DNA of 64,000 nucleotides from Octopus sinensis (taxonomy: Eukaryota), in NCBI RefSeq assembly GCF_006345805.1, contig NC_043017.1, forward strand, positions 21,762,001-21,826,000. Reading direction: 5' to 3'. The notes under the pieces are model-generated. The model was not told where the DNA came from. It ran no database searches and saw only the letters and a list, made by a program, of their open reading frames with translations. Below, piece after piece: positions 55,623 through 64,000 of the stretch. Every line of letters begins with the position of its first letter. Position 1 is the first letter of the stretch. The position numbers and the translations under genes were made by a program.

Positions 55623-55996
55623 CATATATATGCCCCCTTAGTTGGTGGGGCTGGGAGAATTGTTAGCATGTTGGATAAAATGTTTAGTGACATTTATTCT
55701 GATTTTACATTCTGAGTTCAAATCCTGTCGAGGTCAACTTTGCTTTCATCATTTCAGAATCAATAAATTAAGTACCAGTTGAGTACTGTGACCGAGGTAA
55801 TCAACTAACCCTCTCCCATAAAAAATGTCAGACCCTATATTAGAAAGGATTACATATATTACCTCTTTTTCTCTCTCTCTCTCTCTTTGAAAATATATAT
55901 AATCATATATATTCATACATACATGTACACAATATTATGTCCATGTGCACATACATGTGTCAGTATTTGTGTGCATGTGCTTTATATTTAATGTAA

Positions 55997-56036
<40 letters not shown>

Positions 56037-56540
56037 GAGTGGCCGTGTGGTAAGTAGCTTGCTTAAAAACCACATGGTTCTTGGTGCAGTCCCACTCCGT
56101 GGCACTTTGGGCAAGTGTCTTCTACTATAGCCTCGGGCTGACCAAAGCCTTGTGAGTGGATTTGGTTGATGGAAACTGAAAGAAGCTCGTCATATATATG
56201 TAAATGTATGTGTATGTATGTGTGTGTATATCTTTGTGTGTCTGTGTTTGTAAATTAGCGGTTCGGCAAAAGAGACTGCTAGAATAAGTACTAGGTATCC
56301 AAAGAATAAGTCCTAGGGTCGATTTGCTCAACTAAAGGTTGTGCTCCAACATAACCACAGTCAAATATCTGAAACAAGTAAAAGAGTAATAATAAAAACT
56401 AGATAATATGTATCAACACTCTAGCCATCACAGTTATAAGTTACAGCTACAATATTCTTAACTGCACTCTAAATGAACTAATCAAAATAGACAGAAAAAC
56501 AAGATGTATAAAGACAGGATTTCGGATGTACCATCCGAAA

Positions 56541-56937
56541 TCTTTATATATAAAAGTGAGGTTGTATGCTGTCTGTCTCCTACGATTTAGATTCCTAACT
56601 ACTCCCACATTTTGCGGTGCAGTTTAACCAAAACCGGGTATCTTATAGTCGTCATTCATATCGAGCCCTTCTGGGTATTAGTGCGTGTCTACGATGAGTC
56701 TACGATTTAAAAAAAAATTTACCATCATTTTTTCACATTTTTAATGCATTTTTGGCATATATAAGGGAAGTAACTCTCTAAAAATTTATTATTAAATCTC
56801 AGAACGTAAAAAGCTACAGTAGCACCCCCACCTTTGTGGTTAGCCATATTGAGATGGCTATTATACTTTACATCTCTAAAAATGCTTATATAGTTATTTC
56901 CCTTACAAACCCGAGCAACGCCGGGCAATACTGCTAG
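56541..56937 (+). mobile_element. Non-autonomous Helitron
   Basis: A|TC...CCCGAGCAACGCCGGG hairpin...CTAG|T. Confidence 0.85.
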
Positions 56938-57099
56938 TCTGATATAAAAAGGTTATATATATAACATATCAAAGGTGGTAGAGGCCTTATACAGCTAGAA
57001 AACTATTACAAAATAACCACCATAGGACTACTGAAATACCTATTTAAAAATCAAGGAAAACTAATACAAATAGCCTTAAAACAAGAACAAAACAAAAAA

Positions 57100-58030
57100 C
57101 TGTTTTCAGTCTCTAAGGAAGCTGACAAATACAAAAAATAAGTCTTAGTACCAAACAACTATGAAAAAAGAAGAAACAACAAAAGCTGTAAAACAACTGA
57201 AATCCAAAACTAAGACTGGAACAGCAAAAGATCATGATGAAACGATGGCAAGATAAGCTTCTTCATGGCAAATACTGGGTTAAGATAAACAGAAAAAAAT
57301 AGAGAAAGCAGAACTCAAAGCAGAGACTGAAGGATTTTTAATTGTAGCACAAGATCAAAGCCTTACCACCAGAAATCACCAAAAACACATAATGAAAAGA
57401 AATACAAGCAATTTCAGAATATGTGGTTATGGAGAAGAAACAATAAATCATATTGTCGCTGGCTGCCCAGTCCTGGCTAAGAAGGAATATAGTCACAGAC
57501 ACGACAGAATTGGGAGCTACATACACTGGAAGCTATGCCAACACTATGGAATAATAACAGAAAAAAGATGGTATAGGCACATGCCAGAAAAGGTCACAGA
57601 AAATGAGAAAGCAACCATACTCTGGGATATGCTAGTACATGCAGATAGAGAAATTAAGTCCAATAGGCTGGATATAGTTGTCAGAGATCGTCAAAAAAAA
57701 AAGCATTCTAATCAATGTATCAATACCAACAGATGACAATGCTTCTCTAAAAGAAATGGAGAAAATTTGAGTATAGGTAACTGAAAACTGGAAATATAGG
57801 TGACTCAAATGTGGAGCCTAAAAACAGAAAAAATTCCTATCATAGTAGGCACATTAGGTATGATCAAAAAACATTCAGACAAATGCATAACAAAAACACC
57901 AGGACTAACAAGTATATATAAATACCGAAAATAGTACTACTGGGCACTACACATCTCCTACATAAAACACTTTCAATACAGTGAAAATAAGCGCATCACA
58001 ACAAACCACAGAATATACCCAAGGCCAGGC
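57100..58030 (+). mobile_element. Degenerate RLE-type non-LTR retrotransposon 3' end (R4/Dong-like)
   Basis: FRICGYGEETINHIVAGC knuckle, ILWDM and NRLDIVV motifs; frameshifts present. Confidence 0.85.
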
Positions 58031-59065
58031 CTAGCCAACTCGAATTATGCTGCAGGTTGCTTTAATCACAGAAAGTTTGTGAGGACTGCATGTATACTTT
58101 ATGCACTAATAGTCAAATAATCAAATGATAGAATCAAGAATTGTTCATACTTTACGTTTGTTTAAAATTATAAAATTGTAGGCTATTGCTTTATTGCCTC
58201 TCAAACTAAAAAGCACCTTTCAAATGTTGGGCGATATGCTGTGCTTGAGAAGACCCATCAAGCCAAGTGAAGTCACAGTCATGGCCAATGCCAATGTTGT
58301 GTACCTGGCACCTGTGCTGGTGGCACATAAAAATCACCTTTTGAACTTTGGGCCCCACGGAAGCAGTGACAAGTGACCGAGACTTTTGGCCACATGTCAT
58401 ACTTCAGAAGACCTGTCAAGCCGAGGGAGATCATTGTTATGACCAATAACAGTGTTCCATAACTGGCACTTGTGCCAGTGATACATAAAAAGCACCCACT
58501 ATATTCTTGGAGTGGTTGGCATTAGGAAGGGCATCCAGTTGTAGAAACCATGCCAAATCAGATTGGAACCTGGTGCAGCTCCCTAACTTACCAGTTTTCA
58601 GTCAAACCGTCCAACCCATGCCAGCATGGAAATCGGACATTAAATGATGATGATGACGATGGTGATTATAGCATATTATTCTATGTCATATTATACTATA
58701 TTGTATCATATTATATTACCACTATTAATCTTGTAGGCATTAAATTATGTAAGAAAGTATTCTAACAAAAAGACGTCAAACATCGAGGGAAAAATACGAA
58801 AACTATTGTTGTCTTTATGTTCTTTATTTTTTTGGTTTGTTATATATTCTGCATTATTCGATTATCTTTTACAATAACCGTTCTGTATTTTCTTCGTTTA
58901 ATTAACGGGTTCTTTTATTGTAAAACATATTCTTCATTATATCATCAACAACATCACTACCACCACCACTGCATTCCATTACTAAAAAAAAATGTCTTTG
59001 TTTCTGATGACATTTTCTAAAAAAAAAATTTAAACAAATAGAAAAAAATATAACAAAAATAATGC

Positions 59066-59108
<43 letters not shown>

Positions 59109-59359
59109 AAAACCACCACAATTGGAATGGCAAAATGTCTTGAAACATCTAACAACTGAATGCTAAAGCTCATTGAAAATCATGAAAGATGTAAGAAACT
59201 TTATTCTGTTTTGAAGGAGAGCAAAAAATTTTCAAGTGAGTTTATGCATAATACCCAGGTTGAGCGGCATGATGGAAGTGTGGCAACTATAGCTGCAAAG
59301 AAGGTGAAATGAAGTATGTCTGTGAATGCAGTGCTGGATTAACCATTATCCCTTTATCA

Positions 59360-59947
59360 CAGGGGCTCTCAACCACTTTTTATCTATGGAACCCTTTGAT
59401 TATTATTTTATTCTGGTTGACCCCCATAGCCATTCAGTGTTTAAAGACTAGTCTCATAGAGACTTCTTTAAAAATTCCTGTTTTGTTTTCTGCACATTTA
59501 TTTGTATAGGTTGAATTATGTAAAATGTTAGAGAAAGAAACCCAGATGTTTCTTGTATGACATACCAATGTATACATACATTTAAAGGAAATTTTTTTCA
59601 GGGACTCTTAAAATACCATTACAGATTCCTTTGATAACTATTTCATTCTAGTAGAATTTCATAACAATTCGATGTTTAAAAACTAGTTTTATAGAAACTT
59701 CTTACAAAATTTCTGTTTTGTTTTCCATACATTAACTTTTGTGGTTTGAACTGTGTAAAATGTTCAAGAAAGACTCCTAGCTGTTTCTTGCAACACATAC
59801 CAATACATACATCTAAAGGAAAAAATTTTCAGAGGCCCTAAGAATACTATGGTGAATCCCTAATTTCCTATTTTGTTGTGTGGACCCCTAAAAATCTTAT
59901 ATGGACCTTCAGTGGGTATATGGACCCCGGATGAAAACCATTTCTCT
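59360..59947. mobile_element. hAT-like non-autonomous element with an internal ~240 bp duplication
   Basis: Starts CAGGGGCTCTCAACCAC; the right end is degenerate; two diverged internal copies. Confidence 0.5.
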
Positions 59948-59949
59948 AG

Positions 59950-60161
59950 CTATTAAACCAGCCATACCTGGTCAAAATATTCTATGTTTTATGTTCAAAT
60001 TAGCTAGATTCTGACCTCTCACACCTACATTACAATGCTATTCTAAAAATAAGCAATCATATCAGAATCTCAGAACAGCAAGGAAATGCATGATTAATTC
60101 AAAACGATGTGAATAAATAAACATTACATTTGATAGAAAAGTCTGAATGCTAAAGGGTTAA
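59950..60161. mobile_element. piggyBac-like non-autonomous repeat end
   Basis: Ends GCTAAAGGG|TTAA; related fragments at ~6760-6900 and ~11220-11340. Confidence 0.45.
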
Positions 60162-60499
60162 GAAAAATAAGCACATACTTAGGATATCAAGGGAAGTAGA
60201 AGCATCACAGAAATGGTAAATGGTTTATGGCACAAAAGAAAATCCCTTTAAACTTGCTAAAATAATATTCAAAGTGGTTTATATTTTTGGAAATATAATT
60301 TCAAAGTGTTCATGGTGTTATAGTGAGGATCTGATCAAAGACTTTGCAATAAAAAAATGTAGGAGAAAATTTTTCAAATATAAGTTAAATGGAAGCATAC
60401 AAAAATAAACATTATTTTCAGTTTTGCCGTTAGTTTTGTTTCATTTTGAAAAATAAAAAATTATTTAATGGTTTATTATAGTTTATATTTTGAATTACA

Positions 60500-60806
60500 A
60501 ACCACTCCGTGAGTGTAGTGGGTGCTTTTTACGTGCCACCTTCACAGATGCCAGGCGAGGCTGGCAACCACCAATCCGACCGTGGCCATTGCCAGCCTCG
60601 CCTGGCACCTGTGCAGGTGGCACGTAAAAAGCACCCACTACACTCACGGAGTGGTTGGCGTTAGGAAGGGCATCCAGCTGTACACACATTGCCAGATAAG
60701 ACTGGAGCCTGGTGCAGCCTTCTGGCTTCCCAGATCCCCGGTCGAACCGTCCAACCCATGCTAGCATGGAGAACGGACGTTAAACGATGATGATGATGAT
60801 GATGAT
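60500..60806 (+). mobile_element. Family C repeat with a 5' fold-back (68 bp arms, 21 nt loop)
   Basis: 60500-60567 is the reverse complement of 60589-60656 with 2 mismatches. Confidence 0.9.
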
Positions 60807-61204
60807 GGAGGCACCAAAAGCTTTTAAGAGCTTAGGGTGTCTGTGGGTCTTAAACCAGCCCTGGTTAAAGTATGAGAGAAGAGACCTGAACAGAATATGT
60901 CTCTTGCTATATGGTTACTCTTGCTCATGGTTCTGAGTGGGGTAGATACAGTCAGTCTGCGTCTGCTTTGGGGTGGTGACTTCAATATGCTGTTAGTAGT
61001 GTTCTGGTTTTTCTATCTAAGAGACGGTGGGAGTGACTGGAGTGAAGCGGGAGAGAGAGAGATAAAAATAGTGATTATGAGGTACCAGGATGGCTGCACA
61101 AGGTGCTAAGTGAGCAGAAGTGAATGGGGATAGAATTGGGTGTGCTTAGGGCCTCTTTGTGGGTCTTAATCCAGCCCTGTGTGGATGGCTTTAAATAAAT
61201 CAAA

Positions 61205-61615
61205 TAGTTCTGATGCCAGCGCCGCCCTGATGCCAGCACCACCTTCCGATGCCAGCACCGTCCCGATGCCAGCACCACCCCGACTGGATTCTGTGCCAGT
61301 GGCACATAAAAAGCACCATCCGAACGTGGCCGTTGCCAGCGCCGCCTTGGCTGGCTTCCGTGCTGCTGGCATGTTAAAAGCTCCAACCGATCGTGGCCGA
61401 TGCCAGACCCCCCCCTGGCACCTGTGCAGGTGACACGTAAAAAGCACCCACTACACTCGCGGAGTGGTTGGCGTTAGGAAGGACATCCAGCCGTAGAAAC
61501 TCTGCCAGATCAGACTGGAGCCTGGAGCAGCCCCTGGCTTCCCAGACCCCAGTTGAACCGTCCAACCCATGCTAGCGCGGAAAACGGACGTTAAACGATG
61601 ATGATGATGATGATG
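61205..61615 (+). mobile_element. Family C VNTR repeat
   Basis: Short GATGCCAGC subunits, then three long units, constant 3' module and (GAT)n tail. Confidence 0.8.
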
Positions 61616-62561
61616 AGTTCTCTTTTTGTTTTTGCTATTGGCTGTAGCATAGGATGTGTGTGTGTGTGTGGAGGAGGGTGCATCAGCATCATTCCAGACA
61701 TTGGCTCAGTGGTACACCAAAGAGCTCATTTCTTTGTAGTTGGTGAGAGAGAGGGGGTGGATACAGCATGTCTGTGGGCCAGAAGTTGGAGCATATCTAT
61801 TAGTGATTGAATTACTAATCAGCCGAGTGGATAAAGAGTTTCTTTGGACATAAACTGGAATAGTCTGTATGTGAATAACCACAGCAACCTCCCCAGCCGT
61901 AAGAGCCGTTACTACATTAACGGTTTCACCTCTTCGGCTTTTGTAGCTTTATGATTTTTCAGGCTGGTTCATAAAACATTGATTTAAGTAAAACACAGAT
62001 TGGTATTATTTTCTAATCCCCCAGGGAGGAGGCCAATGAAATAACTACCAACCATGTTGTTGGATTGATTAGATCAAACTACATCAATCCCTTTACAAAA
62101 TTTTTGGCCCTTTGCCAATGCGACAAGTTATTAATAATGTTATTGATTAACAGGCTCTATAATGTAGCATTGAGTTCTTGTCAAAAGGAATACGCAGACT
62201 ATTGAAACCAGTTTCAGTTCTTAGATGTGACTAGTTACCAGCTTTACTTAATATTACAAGACTCTTGCATAAGTCATGAACATTACGCCATTTCTGTTTT
62301 ACGTTTTGCTTCTTTCACAAGTTAAGAGTCACAAGTCACAATGAAATATTGCTAGTACATATGTACCTGGGGAATTAAGGGAATATAACGTACACGTGTA
62401 TGCTTACATGTGTGTGTGTGTGTGTATGAGAGAGAGAGGGGGGGTAATACACTCACACACACACACATACCAGTTTATGTATATATCTGTCTATATGTAT
62501 GTATGCGCATGTGAATGTTCATATATATCTATATCTATCTATCTATCTATATATATATATA

Positions 62562-62600
<39 letters not shown>

Positions 62601-63055
62601 GTTTGTGTGTGCATGAATGTATATTTGTAAATATATGAATATATTACATATAAACACACAAATATATGCATAAAAATACATATATATATAATATGTATAT
62701 ATATATATACACACATACACATGTGCACTCACACACATACGTATATATACATAAATATATATACCTACATACTTGACATGTATATTTTTTCTTATATATA
62801 TATATGTATATACACCTACAAACATTCATATATACTTATTCTTACATATATATATATGTATATATATATACCTTCATACATAGATATTTCTATTCTACTA
62901 TTCTACTATATTATATTCCACACATAAAGGCCTTTTGAAGTCAACCAAACCAATAGTTGGAAATCAATGGAAATCTATTGATTTTCTCTTTTTTTTTCTG
63001 TTCTACCGGCAGCTGTTTCTGTGTCTCTCTAGGTGCTAAGAAACATCCTCTTTAC

Positions 63056-63096
<41 letters not shown>

Positions 63097-63440
63097 ACTC
63101 AAATATGTAACAAAAGAAAAAAGGGGAAAAAGGGAACAAAACCAGCCAGTACAAAACAAAAATAGCCCACACACAGACACTGGACACACACACATGCATG
63201 CACACACACGTATATATACATATATACATACATAAATATGTATATGTATATGTATATATATATATATATGTATATATATGTATTATACACATGTATATAT
63301 ATGTGTATATATATGCATATATACATGTATGTGTGTATATACATGTATATATATATACATATAAATATATATATACATAAATATATACATATATATTATA
63401 CATACTATACATATATATATATATTAATATATATATATGT

Positions 63441-63483
<43 letters not shown>

Positions 63484-63756
63484 ATATGTGTGTATGTATG
63501 TATGTATGTATGTGTGTATGTACATATGTATATATATATATATATATGTATGTATATATATATTTGTATGTGTATGTGTGCACGTTCATTGTTCGGAAAC
63601 AAACTAATCTCGTCAGTCATCAATGATGCCTATGACAATATATTAGAGACAAAGAAATAACTATTCACCAACACACGGAGTGGCACCCTTTGATGGGCAC
63701 ACTTAAACAATGTAACCTTGTATAATACAAGGGTGTGAGTGCATCTACGTACAGGA

Positions 63757-63803
<47 letters not shown>

Positions 63804-64000
63804 TGTGTGTGTTTGTAAGTATACCAGGGTATGTGTGTGCGTGTGCATGCAAAATGTGCGATGTGTGAATGAATGTGGTTATGCATATGTACGTGTTTAT
63901 AGTCTTGCTGTATGTGTATGAGTATTATGTGTGTGTGTATGTGTGTGTAAGTTTTGTTGTATATATATGTGTATATGTGTTACTGTTTATGTGTCAATAT

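Noticed and set aside
59160-59312. 50-aa plus-strand ORF MLKLIENHERC...
   Set aside because: Short, preceded by an in-frame stop, no homology recognised.
747-63921. Most ORFs in the supplied track (poly-IY, YM/CV, HT, II, NN, EE)
   Set aside because: They are translations of microsatellites or SINEs, not proteins.

Overview
AT-rich, microsatellite-dense eukaryotic DNA with no prokaryotic features. The repeat families resemble those I recall from octopus (coleoid cephalopod) genomes; that assignment is inference, not a search result. Most of the window is repeats: tRNA-derived SINE families, a VNTR-bearing retroelement family with a (GAT)n tail, three mariner fragments, an internally deleted Ty3/Gypsy LTR element, RTE, R4/Dong-like and Tx1-like LINE fragments, two non-autonomous Helitrons, hAT-type MITEs and simple repeats. 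Nearly all ORFs in the supplied track are microsatellite or repeat artefacts. I cannot identify a host gene by homology. Several short ATG-to-GT segments on the minus strand all end in phase 0, suggesting the window is the 5' intronic region of a large minus-strand gene with alternative first exons; this is unproven. At least four independent fold-back hairpins are also present. I see no convincing new biological system, only leads.
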